From a virus (Duplodnaviria; Caudoviricetes), in IMG/VR virus record IMGVR_UViG_3300032007_000001: DNA of 64,000 nucleotides, one strand, 5' to 3'. Of the stretch, positions 49,701 through 59,038 are shown in pieces. Position 1 is the first letter of the stretch; each line of letters opens with the position of its first letter. Both the position numbers and the translations under genes were made by a program. The notes beneath the pieces are model-generated. The model worked only from the letters and a program-made list of their open reading frames with translations, ran no database searches and was not told the DNA's origin.

Positions 49701-50263
49701 ATTTGGCAGCAATTGAAAGTTAACATCGAAAAGTCCTTATCGTGTATATGAAGCCAACCTTCTTTCATTGCTTCCACATATTCATCTGGCATAACGTAGT
49801 TATCAATGAAAAATTTACTTGCTTCAGTACCATACTTAAGCATTGACCCCATTGTGCTTGTAGAAGAAATGTTTGCATTGTCTCTATATGCATCAATTGA
49901 ATTATCAGCTTTGAATGTAAGATTCATGAATTCTGACATTAATTTCTCTGCATCATCTCTTCTTTTAGCATGTTCAGCTCTATACACAATATATGATTTT
50001 GCTGTATTGATGTACTTTGACTTCATTAAAATGTTTTCTGTAGCTTCACTAATCTTATCTACAGATGGAATTTTGGTATCAGAAAAATAGTCTTCAACTT
50101 GCTTTACAATGTCCGTGATTTGTGCAATGTTCATTCGTTTGTCTTTACTATCCTTATTTGCTTGACGAATGGCATTGAAAATCTTAGAATCATCATATTC
50201 TACTATTTTTCCATTTCTCTTTTTTACCTTAAACACTTTGAAAAATTCATCTCCTTTTTGCAT
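46730..50263 (-). CDS. nrdD: anaerobic ribonucleotide reductase, spliced: exons 50263-49599, 48639-48624, 48277-46730 (742 aa)
   Basis: ATP cone, HIHDKDF, NCCQ, restored ACIAIQSNQNDQFGGQS, ETPIFP, MGCRT, ATPAES, CxxC..CxxC. Confidence 0.93.
48278..48623 (-). mobile_element. group I intron 2 in nrdD (346 nt, no ORF)
   Basis: follows exon U, ends in G; P AATGCTGGAA, Q AATCAGCAGG, R TCAACGACTA, S ATGATATAGTCT. Confidence 0.9.
48640..49598 (-). mobile_element. group I intron 1 in nrdD (959 nt) carrying an HNH gene
   Basis: P1 GCCAT/GTGGC with U-G at the splice site; Q AATACCGTG, R GTAACGACTA, S GAGATAGTCT; ends in G. Confidence 0.9.
48871..49491 (-). CDS. intron-encoded HNH homing endonuclease
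   Basis: VHRIVAETF...VNHLDGNKRNN...NLEWTT..N; NUMOD-like HMTEEHRKIVS; true start may be internal. Confidence 0.9.
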   Translation of the reverse strand: MSFVREPKVQKWIAGNTVLSILHNSKKYKMLFVNKEGTFVYDYKNKRKLSFRINNSGYVCCNVYLVHRIVAETFCKKDNEKLEVNHLDGNKRNNHYLNLEWTTHSKNMKYNYQVLNYRPTRLGSHMTEEHRKIVSQTNSGAGNPAAKTRKIIFTDNTSAIIHTRKEMIKAINKKLNKNYHLSTIKNIIAQPEIRQKYMIKDIIELM

Positions 50264-50458
50264 AGCTAAATTATTTTATGCTAAAAAAATCAAAGTATTT
50301 TGATGATTACTTTATTCTTGTAACCTCAAAATACTTTGATATACGCTAAAAATTTCAGTATTTTTATATTTATTTTTTATTTTTTTATTAAAAAAATTAT
50401 TTTTTCTATTATAATTTTATGACTTGAACGAATTAGAATAAATTAAGAGGTGTAAAAC

Positions 50459-50965
50459 ATGACTAAAATTATAAATTTATACGGTGCACCAGGAGCTGGA
50501 AAATCTACAATTGCTGCTGGATTATTTTATCAAATGAAAATAAAACATTACAAAGTAGAATTAGCTTATGAATGGATAAAAGGAAAAGTATACGAAAATA
50601 GTACATATCCATTTAAAGACCAGATTTATACATTTGCAAAACAATATAAGATGTTGAATCAATTGAGAGACAAGGTGGATTATGTAATTACTGATTCGCC
50701 ATTACTTTTATGTTTAGTATATGGTAAAAATGAATCTGATGCATTTAAGGATTTAGTAAAAGAAAGTTATAATTCTTTTGAAAATATTAATTTCTTTATA
50801 CAAAGAAATCACAAATATGAAAAAATTGGAAGACATCAAACAGAAAAAGAAAGCGATAAAATAGCAAAAGAAATTTTGAACGAATTGGATTGTATGGACA
50901 TTTTCTATGAAATTTACAACAGCGATGAAGCTATTTATAAAATAACAGATAAATTAAATTTGTAA
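50459..50965 (+). CDS. P-loop kinase/ATPase (NadR/AAA_28-like)
   Basis: INLYGAPGAGKST, VITDSPLL, GRHQT. Confidence 0.8.
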   Translation: MTKIINLYGAPGAGKSTIAAGLFYQMKIKHYKVELAYEWIKGKVYENSTYPFKDQIYTFAKQYKMLNQLRDKVDYVITDSPLLLCLVYGKNESDAFKDLVKESYNSFENINFFIQRNHKYEKIGRHQTEKESDKIAKEILNELDCMDIFYEIYNSDEAIYKITDKLNL

Positions 50966-50977
50966 AGGAGTAAACCA

Positions 50978-51334
50978 ATGAAAAGATTAGCTGAAGATAA
51001 TTATGCAATCAATAGAGCATATGATTATTTTGTTGAACATATAAATAAAGAAGATGTTTTTGAAACAACAGGAAGATTACATTCTTCGTGGGAAAATGCA
51101 AATTCAAATGGATATATAGACGAAAAATATGATTCATTTAATGATTGGATGAAAGATTATGGGAAATCAATTGCTGCGGATTTAATATCATTATTAAAAA
51201 ATAATGATGATGAATTCAATGCACTTTTATCAGATGTAAAATATACTGAAAAAGACGAATTTGAAGAAAGAGTTTTTGAATACTTACAAAGCATAAATGA
51301 AGAAATTGAAAATGGAATCAACGAATCTAATTAA
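50978..51334 (+). CDS. acidic hypothetical protein, MKRLA N-terminus
   Basis: 118 aa, AAGGAG RBS. Confidence 0.72.
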   Translation: MKRLAEDNYAINRAYDYFVEHINKEDVFETTGRLHSSWENANSNGYIDEKYDSFNDWMKDYGKSIAADLISLLKNNDDEFNALLSDVKYTEKDEFEERVFEYLQSINEEIENGINESN

Positions 51335-51614
51335 TTGGCAATATTTGCCAATAGAAAAAAATTCAATATTAAATATCAGCAACGGTAAATATGTAGAAAC
51401 TTTTGATAAATACAATCATCCATTTATGCTTTGCGTTGGTATAAGAAAGAATGCATATTATTTATATTTAATAGAAAAAATTAATGGATTCTCAAAAAGA
51501 TTTATTTGTGGTTCGTTTGAAGAAGCCGATGAATTGGCTTTAAGAATTATTGGTTTTTTATTGCAAGGGAATGGAGTAATGACTATTATAAAAGGGAGTG
51601 AGAAAAATGATTAG
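51312..51614 (+). CDS. hypothetical protein
   Basis: operon context. Confidence 0.6.
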   Translation: MESTNLINWQYLPIEKNSILNISNGKYVETFDKYNHPFMLCVGIRKNAYYLYLIEKINGFSKRFICGSFEEADELALRIIGFLLQGNGVMTIIKGSEKND

Positions 51615-52407
51615 CAATGTTGGATTAAATAATATTAATAAAACATCAAATGCAATGGCAAATAGCATTCAAAAAATTGCAAGTGGTTCAAATAATCCAT
51701 CTGCGAAGTTCGGCGTAGCGTCTTATTCAATTACGCAAAAGATAACTTCAAATATTTCTGCCATTGCTCAATCAAATAAAAATACACAAAACGCAAATGC
51801 TATGTTAAATGTAGCAGCTGGTGGAGTATCTTCTACAGTTAATGCGTTAAGCGATATAAAATCAAAGCTTTTACAAGCAAATAATGGTACGAACAATGAT
51901 AGTGATAGAGCTGCTATTTCTCAATCAATAACGCAATCTATTGCTACTATCAACGAAAATGCTAATATCGAATATAATGGCGAGAAGTTATTAGACGGCA
52001 ATAATTCAATTACTGTCGCTGGAATGAGTGGATATGATACATTGAAATTAGGAAATATGTCCTCTCAGGCACTTGGTTTGACTGATAGTGATGGTAATAT
52101 TACGCTGGATTTATCATCGTCTTCTGGACTGGCCAGTGCAATCGACACGGTGGATAATGCTTTGGATAAAGCATTGAATATGTCAACAGATATTGGTTCT
52201 ATGCAACAAGGATTGAATGCTCAAGAAAGTAATTACACCGTAATGGAAGAATCTCTTGTTGGAGCTGTTTCTGCAAATGATGATACTGATATCGTCGCTG
52301 AAATTACAAAACTTAAATCAGAAAGTACATTAAATCAGATTGCTTTAATAACGCAAAAAATGTTTATGCATGATAATGCAAGAGTATTATCACTCTTACA
52401 AAATTAA
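51607..52407 (+). CDS. flagellin-like protein
   Basis: SIQKIASG, QSNKNTQNANAML, QANNGTNNDSDR, YNGEKLLDG, IGSMQQGL, DTDIVAEI, VLSLLQ. Confidence 0.85.
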   Translation: MISNVGLNNINKTSNAMANSIQKIASGSNNPSAKFGVASYSITQKITSNISAIAQSNKNTQNANAMLNVAAGGVSSTVNALSDIKSKLLQANNGTNNDSDRAAISQSITQSIATINENANIEYNGEKLLDGNNSITVAGMSGYDTLKLGNMSSQALGLTDSDGNITLDLSSSSGLASAIDTVDNALDKALNMSTDIGSMQQGLNAQESNYTVMEESLVGAVSANDDTDIVAEITKLKSESTLNQIALITQKMFMHDNARVLSLLQN

Positions 52408-52416
52408 GGAGTAAAA

Positions 52417-52638
52417 ATGAAAAGATTACAAAAAATGGCATCAATGGATTATGAAACGCTTTTGAGTGATTATGCATATAGATGTCAAATGTCTTATGGT
52501 AATGTATTATGTTCCATTGACGGTTTTAGAGAATTCGTTGAAGATAATAATATGAACGGTGACGAAGCATTGGAAGTATTGGATATATATGATGAAGGAG
52601 ATTTAGAAAGAAGAGTAAAAGAACAACTATGTATGTAA
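52417..52638 (+). CDS. acidic small protein, MKRLQKMA N-terminus
   Basis: 73 aa, AAGGAG RBS. Confidence 0.7.
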   Translation: MKRLQKMASMDYETLLSDYAYRCQMSYGNVLCSIDGFREFVEDNNMNGDEALEVLDIYDEGDLERRVKEQLCM

Positions 52639-52681
52639 AATAATTAAAGCCACTGGCATTTACCAATGGCTTTTTGTTTTA

Positions 52682-53263
52682 TTATTTTTTGAAACCTCTA
52701 ATAAGAATCTTTGTTTTGATTTTCATGTTATCTTTGAAGTTCATTGGACTGATTGAAGAGGAATGGAAAATCGAGTAAATCATTTCGTTGATAACCTCTA
52801 TTGGGATATCCTTTCTAAATTCTCCAGTGGTCTGTCCTCTTACAATGATACTGGAAAATGTACCAATGAATTTTTGCAATTGACTTTTCCAGAAATTGTT
52901 TTTTGTACGATTCGGACGTGCTGATTTTTTATAGTTGAATAACAACGGCATGATGAATTCATTGTCTCCAAGATGATTTGACATCAATGTCATTGCGTTT
53001 TCAAATGTTTCCTCTTGCGTTTTTTTGCTTTGCTTCACCATGTCTTTTGTTTCATCAATGAATGTGTTCAGCAAATCAGAAATGAGTGCTTCTTTCGATT
53101 CAAAGTAGTTGTAAAATGTACCAAGACCGAGATTGGCATCAGTCATGATATCAGCAATTGAAGATTTGCTGATGCCATAGTTTGAGAAAAATTTTGTTGC
53201 TGACGAAACGATTGTTTTTTTGACCTTTGCCTTACTTTGTTCACGGCGTCCAAGAATTTTCAT
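52682..53263 (-). CDS. TetR/AcrR family regulator
   Basis: RREQSK, SSIADI...LGLGTFYNYFESKEAL, GEFRKDI. Confidence 0.92.
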   Translation of the reverse strand: MKILGRREQSKAKVKKTIVSSATKFFSNYGISKSSIADIMTDANLGLGTFYNYFESKEALISDLLNTFIDETKDMVKQSKKTQEETFENAMTLMSNHLGDNEFIMPLLFNYKKSARPNRTKNNFWKSQLQKFIGTFSSIIVRGQTTGEFRKDIPIEVINEMIYSIFHSSSISPMNFKDNMKIKTKILIRGFKK

Positions 53264-53335
53264 AATGGTTCTCTCCTTTTTAATTTTGTAAATTTCAAAA
53301 CTCCCAATCCTTTTGAATTGGGAGTTATTGACTTT

Positions 53336-54217
53336 TTAGAAGATTTCGGTGTCCATATCATCATCGTCATCATCGATGCCAAGAGCTTTGGTGACTTTTG
53401 AGATATCAATATCGTCTTCTTTGATTGCTTTTTGCTTTTTGGATTTAGGAGGATTATTGAAGTTATCCTGCAGAATAGCAATCTTCTCAAGCGAAACCTT
53501 GTGTTTGATTACAGCATACAGTCCGTCGCTACCATATAAGTGCCGGCGGTAAATAGGTACGCAAGTTTGGCATCCATTTTCGTCTACCGGTCTTTCATCG
53601 CACCATACTGCTGCGAAGAAGTAGGAATTGCAGCGGTCATAAGCTCTTACATGGACGTTGATGACTCCAGCTCTGGCAGTCTGTACAGGAATCGTTTCGG
53701 TATAGATGCACTTTTTAGTAGTTGCTTTTTCAATCGTCGGATATTTTGCAAAAAGTCCATCTTTGATAATTTCATTTCGTTCGGGGTCGTTTTTGCCTTC
53801 TTCGTCTAATTCCAATTCGTACATGCGGTCCGCAACCTCTTTGGCCTCTACATCATAGCCAGCAATTTTGTTGCGAAGTTCTTTCTGCTTTCTTTCACGG
53901 TCAGCTTTTTTGATTCGATTATCGCGTTCGATATCATCGAAGTTCGCAGCTTTTTTCGTCTCATAGATGAAAGTTCTGCTTGCAATTTCGTAATAGTGAG
54001 ACATATCTCTATCAAGCGAAGAACCAACAGAAACTTCATTTTCAACAGCGTCATCATACAGGACAGCAAGGCGAAGTTTATCTTCCTGAGTCCCCTGATA
54101 GCAAAGCTTGTAATACATGAACATCCAATAGAGATACTTGGTAATGCCGCAGATATAATCACGATGGCCAGGAGTCTCGTAGTCTTTCATCCATTCGTAA
54201 TTTTTATTCTTAAACAT
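53336..54217 (-). CDS. putative early hypothetical protein
   Basis: 293 aa, AAGGAGG RBS, strong promoter, GC-richer codons. Confidence 0.8.
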   Translation of the reverse strand: MFKNKNYEWMKDYETPGHRDYICGITKYLYWMFMYYKLCYQGTQEDKLRLAVLYDDAVENEVSVGSSLDRDMSHYYEIASRTFIYETKKAANFDDIERDNRIKKADRERKQKELRNKIAGYDVEAKEVADRMYELELDEEGKNDPERNEIIKDGLFAKYPTIEKATTKKCIYTETIPVQTARAGVINVHVRAYDRCNSYFFAAVWCDERPVDENGCQTCVPIYRRHLYGSDGLYAVIKHKVSLEKIAILQDNFNNPPKSKKQKAIKEDDIDISKVTKALGIDDDDDDMDTEIF

Positions 54218-54246
54218 TGTTTGTACCTCCTTTGTTCTATGGTTAT

Positions 54247-54282
54247 ATTATACCACAGAATAAGGAAAAAGTAAATAGTTTT
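54247..54282 (-). promoter_or_regulatory. early-type promoter
   Basis: AAAACTA-TTTACT-N17-TATAAT, TGTGG. Confidence 0.8.
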
Positions 54283-54297
54283 GTGCAAAAAAATCGT

Positions 54298-54852
54298 TCA
54301 AAAACCAAATTTTTTCAATATCTCAAAGGATTTTAAGCTTGACATCATATTTTCATATCCAACATTTGAAAGAAAATCATGACAATCTATTTGCGTTTTG
54401 GGATTCGAATTAATTCGTTTTTTAATATAATCATATTTGTCGAAAAATTCTTTTTTAGATGGAATTGTCATACAATCATACGTATATCCAGAACAACCAA
54501 GGTATTTATCGTTTATATCTGAAAATAAGTAATCAATTCCCAGCCCAGAAAATACTGTTTTCATATTAAAATTAAAAAACTTATGCTTAAATACCATCGT
54601 TTTAGCCGAATGACAAATTTGTAAATCTAAAATAAGTGTTTTATTGTTCGAACCAATAATTGTATATTGATAAATATGATAAAAAAATCCAAAATTTTTT
54701 TGAGCACATTCATAACAAACTGTAATTGTTTTTGATTGATATTTATGATAACGTAATGCTATTTCGACACTATTCCCCTGCGTATTGCCACAAAAATGAC
54801 ATGGTGCATGTATTATATTATCATTGTATTTTTCATCAAAAATATCAATCAT
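54298..54852 (-). CDS. zinc-finger GF-tail protein
   Basis: CHFC...CYEC; ends KKFGF. Confidence 0.75.
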   Translation of the reverse strand: MIDIFDEKYNDNIIHAPCHFCGNTQGNSVEIALRYHKYQSKTITVCYECAQKNFGFFYHIYQYTIIGSNNKTLILDLQICHSAKTMVFKHKFFNFNMKTVFSGLGIDYLFSDINDKYLGCSGYTYDCMTIPSKKEFFDKYDYIKKRINSNPKTQIDCHDFLSNVGYENMMSSLKSFEILKKFGF

Positions 54853-54860
54853 AAATTACC

Positions 54861-55511
54861 TCAAAGACCAAATATTTTTTTATCTACTCCAATCTCAAGA
54901 GTTTTTGTCATGCAATCATAAATATACTTAATCAATTTTTCATTTCTTACAACTTTTTGCTTTGATTCTAATTTGGCTCTATCTGCATGTTTTATCATCC
55001 TATAATAAAATTCATCATATGAAGGAAGACAATATGGCGTAAATTCATCATTAATAGAAATTTCATTTTCACTTCCAAATGTATTTTTATGTCTTCCAAT
55101 GTTTTTCAAACTTTTCAATTTTATATAGCATTTCATTTCGAAAATCATATTTACTAAAGATTTTCGAAAATATGTAGAATAACGTTTTGTTTTATGTTGT
55201 TCAAATCTTACTTTAATGCTTTCAATATCTTCTATTCCAAGTTTTTCTCCATCAGAACGATGATTGTGAACAAATATGCAATTTCTCGTATTGTAGCAAT
55301 TATCGCATACGTGTTTACCATCATGCAACACTTTTATATTTTTATATTCAACTATACGTTGTCCAAGCGGTACAAATCCCAAACTTCCGTCAATTATAAA
55401 AGCATGGATAATTTCTCCGCAAACAGCACAACGCTCTTTTATAGATTCTGCTTTCTTAATTTTATTTTTTATTTTCATTATTTCAAATTCTTTAATTGCT
55501 TTTTTAGCCAC
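54861..55511 (-). CDS. zinc-finger GL-tail protein (tandem paralog)
   Basis: CAVC...CDNC, HNHRSDGEK; ends KIFGL. Confidence 0.78.
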   Translation of the reverse strand: MAKKAIKEFEIMKIKNKIKKAESIKERCAVCGEIIHAFIIDGSLGFVPLGQRIVEYKNIKVLHDGKHVCDNCYNTRNCIFVHNHRSDGEKLGIEDIESIKVRFEQHKTKRYSTYFRKSLVNMIFEMKCYIKLKSLKNIGRHKNTFGSENEISINDEFTPYCLPSYDEFYYRMIKHADRAKLESKQKVVRNEKLIKYIYDCMTKTLEIGVDKKIFGL

Positions 55512-55513
55512 AT
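55474..55513. repeat. 40-bp direct repeat, copy 1
   Basis: 39/40 identical to 56182-56221. Confidence 0.85.
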
Positions 55514-55529
55514 CAATCCCTCAGAAAAA

Positions 55530-56228
55530 TCATAATCCAAATATTGTTTTATCAAGACCAACTTTTAATGTTTTAATAAAACAATTATACATATATTTAA
55601 TTAATTTTTCATTTTGCAATATTGTTTGTTTTTCTTTTATCCTTGCACGCAAAGCGTGATATAATATTCTTTTTTGAAATCTTTCGTATGATGGAGCACC
55701 AAAAGGCATAAATTCATCATTTATTGTAATTTCATTGTCTTTCCCAAAACCATTATTTCTCCCAGAATTTTTTAGACTATATAAGGTTATATAACATTTC
55801 ATTTTAAGTTTGGTATTATATATATATTGTTTTGTTTTTAAATTAAAAATTTTATCTCTAATGTGTTCAAATCTGACTTTTATAGTTTCTAAATCATCAA
55901 TATTTAATTTTTCGCCATTAGACCTATGATTATGAATAAAATAACAATTTAATTTATTAAAACAATTAATACATATTTCTTTTCCATTATTTAATGTTAT
56001 ACTTTCATCATATATAGAAGTTGGTTCGTTAAGTACATTTGTTGTATTATTATTTGATATAATTTTTTTCATTGTAAGAATTTTTATATTATATTTGGCT
56101 GAGATGATTTCTCCACAAATATGACATCTTTTTTTTATTTCAATAAGATTTTTCTTTCTTTTAATGGCAAAAGGTCTTTTATTCATTATTTCAAATTCTT
56201 TAATTGCTCTTTTAGCCACATTTATCAC
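55530..56228 (-). CDS. zinc-finger GL-tail protein (tandem paralog)
   Basis: CHIC...CINC, HNHRSNGEK; ends TIFGL. Confidence 0.78.
   Translation of the reverse strand: MINVAKRAIKEFEIMNKRPFAIKRKKNLIEIKKRCHICGEIISAKYNIKILTMKKIISNNNTTNVLNEPTSIYDESITLNNGKEICINCFNKLNCYFIHNHRSNGEKLNIDDLETIKVRFEHIRDKIFNLKTKQYIYNTKLKMKCYITLYSLKNSGRNNGFGKDNEITINDEFMPFGAPSYERFQKRILYHALRARIKEKQTILQNEKLIKYMYNCFIKTLKVGLDKTIFGL
56182..56221. repeat. 40-bp direct repeat, copy 2
   Basis: encodes the shared N-terminus AKxAIKEFEIM. Confidence 0.85.
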
Positions 56229-56309
56229 CCGTTTCTAATTATAACAAAATTTTTAATAAATGTAAATAATTAAGTACATAAAAAATGCCGATTAATACCG
56301 GCATAAATT

Positions 56310-56930
56310 TTATAACCCATTCATCAATGTTATATATTGTTTGTCTATTCCAACATTCATGCTATGTTTTATGCATTCATATAAATATTTAATAAATCTA
56401 TCATTAGCTAGCAAAGCTTTTTTACTTGGTATCTTAGCTCTTTTACTATATATTAGTATATCATTCTTAAAATCATTAAATTTTGGAATATCCATCATAT
56501 CATTTCTAAAACTTTTTTCAAAAATAATTTCTTTTTCATTATCAAATGAAGTTGTACGATGAGAATCCTCAAGACTTTTTAAGTCTATATAACACGTAAA
56601 TCCAAATGAATGTATACGTTTATATATGACTATCTTTATTCTTTCAGCATCATTTATTTTTTCTTTTTTACCATTTGTTCTATATTCATGATAAAATGTT
56701 CCAAAAATTTTATTGTAGCATGTACAGCATAGTTCTTTTCCTTCGAAATCATATATACAACCAATTATTTGGTTTTCAGACTTAAAATAAAAAGGTTTTC
56801 CACATTTCGAGCAATAATGTATTACTCCGTTTTTGTCATTTTTGTGTTTTTCTATTTGTGGAATTATCAACATTTCGTTACATTGAAATGCATTTTTTAC
56901 GTTCATATGTTTCTCCTTATAATCCATCAA
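56310..56930 (-). CDS. zinc-finger GL-tail protein (tandem paralog)
   Basis: CSKC...CCTC, HEYRTNGKK; ends LMNGL. Confidence 0.78.
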   Translation of the reverse strand: MMDYKEKHMNVKNAFQCNEMLIIPQIEKHKNDKNGVIHYCSKCGKPFYFKSENQIIGCIYDFEGKELCCTCYNKIFGTFYHEYRTNGKKEKINDAERIKIVIYKRIHSFGFTCYIDLKSLEDSHRTTSFDNEKEIIFEKSFRNDMMDIPKFNDFKNDILIYSKRAKIPSKKALLANDRFIKYLYECIKHSMNVGIDKQYITLMNGL

Positions 56931-57513
56931 TTAGTGTTAACATTTTTTTATCAACACCAATGTTAAAACTATATGTTATGCATTCATATAGATAATTTAT
57001 AAATTTTTTATCAATTAATAATTCTTTTTTGTCTTTTATTTTTGCTCTTTTACTTAATGTTGTCATTATGTTTGTAAATTCTTCGAATGTTGGTACTTTA
57101 TAGTAATCAAAGTTACATTCAAAAGAAATTTCATTTTCTTTTCCAAAAAATGTACTTCTACCTGAAGCTTTTAAGCTGGTCAAATCTGCATAACACTTGA
57201 GATGAAATTTTTTAAAAAATCTAGAAAGTTCGACTTTTAATCTTTCAACGTTGTTTATATTTTCTTTTTCTCCGCGAGTTTTATATGTATGAGAAAAAAA
57301 ACTATGTCTTTTTTTATAGCAATCTTCACATATTTTTTTTCCGCAATCCATTTCCATATAATGTGTACTAAATCTTGGAGAACGTATTTCCATTGGGTTT
57401 CCACAAATAGGACAATACGTTATTTTTGCATCAATATAGTATTTTTTGTCAAAATCCATTATATAATTTGTACGCATTTCTAAATTGTCTTTTACCATTA
57501 AAAATGCCTCCAA
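56917..57513 (-). CDS. zinc-finger GL-tail protein (tandem paralog)
   Basis: CPIC...CEDC, HTYKTRGEK; ends LIDGL. Confidence 0.78.
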   Translation of the reverse strand: MEAFLMVKDNLEMRTNYIMDFDKKYYIDAKITYCPICGNPMEIRSPRFSTHYMEMDCGKKICEDCYKKRHSFFSHTYKTRGEKENINNVERLKVELSRFFKKFHLKCYADLTSLKASGRSTFFGKENEISFECNFDYYKVPTFEEFTNIMTTLSKRAKIKDKKELLIDKKFINYLYECITYSFNIGVDKKMLTLIDGL

Positions 57514-57593
57514 ACCTTTTATTTCTATATATTCATTATACCATAGAATTAAAAAAAAGTAAATAAAAAAGAGGCTTTTCTAGCCTCTTTTGT

Positions 57594-58661
57594 TTAAGTC
57601 AAATATGAGAATATGTTATTCGAAGATTCTTTTATTTTGAAAGATTTTATTTTGTCTTTCATATTGTTGTCAAAGATATATGCATCTTTTGCATTTGGAA
57701 TCAATGCGCCTTCTTCTTCATCATATTCAAATTTGCTCATATCCAATCTGCATGTCATTCCGGAATCATTGCCTTCTAAATATACTCTTTGCGGGTCGCT
57801 GGAAAAAATATCCAATCTTTCTTTTCCGAACAATGTTTGCTTATTTGTAACTACTTCAATATCATATACTTCATTTCCAACATTTAAGATATTCATATCG
57901 TCAATGAAGTCTACGAATTTTTCACCTTGATTTAATTCAAATGCAATGCTTCTTAAGCAATCATAATTTAATCTTACTTTTTGAGCAAATGCTACTACAT
58001 TAATGATTTCGCTATGATATTTTTTATCCACATTGTCGTTTAAGTATTCTTCAATTTCTTCAGTTTTTGGATATAAAAATCTGAAATGATAATGGAACCG
58101 TCCAGGACGATTGATGAAATATTCGCTGATATCGCTTATTTTATTGCATGTGACTAAAAATAATTTTTTATTTACATCAGAACCGTCAAATAAACTTAAC
58201 ATTTCATCTTGAGGACGATTGCTGTCATTGTCATAATCTTCAGCATTTTGATGGAATAATTTATCAAATTCATCTAAGAAAATAACTGCTTCACAATCAA
58301 TCTTATGAAGATAATCTGCAATGCCTGGAATATATGAAGATACAATTATTACAGGATAACCTTTCTTCATCATTCCACTGCAAATCATCTTGCATACGAG
58401 ACTTTTCCCCATGCCTTTATTGCCACTAAGCAATACACCGAGATTTCTATCAAACTTTTCAAATGTATTGATTACTTTTTGACTTTTTCTTGTGTGGTCG
58501 CCATATACTTTTTCATTGACAACAATGTCGTAATCTTTCATCAAGAAAAATCCTTGCATTTTGTCAAATCCAATTCTATATGTAGCAGCAGGAAGCTTTT
58601 CAAATGTCTGAACACTATCATCAAACACCTGATATTGCCCATTTGAATAAATATACTTCAT
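57594..58661 (-). CDS. AAA+ ATPase
   Basis: GVLLSGNKGMGKS, IFLDEFDK, INRPGRF. Confidence 0.9.
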   Translation of the reverse strand: MKYIYSNGQYQVFDDSVQTFEKLPAATYRIGFDKMQGFFLMKDYDIVVNEKVYGDHTRKSQKVINTFEKFDRNLGVLLSGNKGMGKSLVCKMICSGMMKKGYPVIIVSSYIPGIADYLHKIDCEAVIFLDEFDKLFHQNAEDYDNDSNRPQDEMLSLFDGSDVNKKLFLVTCNKISDISEYFINRPGRFHYHFRFLYPKTEEIEEYLNDNVDKKYHSEIINVVAFAQKVRLNYDCLRSIAFELNQGEKFVDFIDDMNILNVGNEVYDIEVVTNKQTLFGKERLDIFSSDPQRVYLEGNDSGMTCRLDMSKFEYDEEEGALIPNAKDAYIFDNNMKDKIKSFKIKESSNNIFSYLT

Positions 58662-58675
58662 AAATTTACTCCTTC

Positions 58676-59038
58676 TTAAAATTGGCTTTCGTTATTTAAC
58701 GCATTAAATAAATATGTATTGTCCTTAAAATATCCCAATTGTTGATTTAACGAACTATGAAATTCTTTCATAGAATCTGCATCTTCGTTTGTTGGCAATT
58801 CCACTGTTTGCTGAAGTTTTTCATACAATTTTGGGTATCTATCATATAATTCATTCAAATCTTTATAAAGATTTATATACGTTTCAAGCAAAGCATCAGC
58901 ACTATCTTTTATTTCCAATAATTTAGCTCTTGCAGAAATTATTTCTTCTTTTGCGTCATTTGCCTTTTCATTGAGGTTTAGAGATATTACTCGCTTCAGC
59001 CTCTTTTTGTTGGATGAGCGATTCGAGTCCTTGTTCAT
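58676..59038 (-). CDS. hypothetical helical protein
   Basis: 120 aa, GGAG RBS, overlaps the cca 3' end. Confidence 0.65.
   Translation of the reverse strand: MNKDSNRSSNKKRLKRVISLNLNEKANDAKEEIISARAKLLEIKDSADALLETYINLYKDLNELYDRYPKLYEKLQQTVELPTNEDADSMKEFHSSLNQQLGYFKDNTYLFNALNNESQF

Noticed and set aside
49580-50263. Separate 227-aa and 519-aa nrdD ORFs read as a pseudogene
   Set aside because: Explained by two group I introns; the ORF-track ends NKCVA and MNNT are intron sequence.
12840-50450. T(A/T)GAATAA or TTAATAA late-promoter motif upstream of several genes
   Set aside because: Recurs before some genes lacking the early promoter, but cannot be separated from the AT-rich background by eye.
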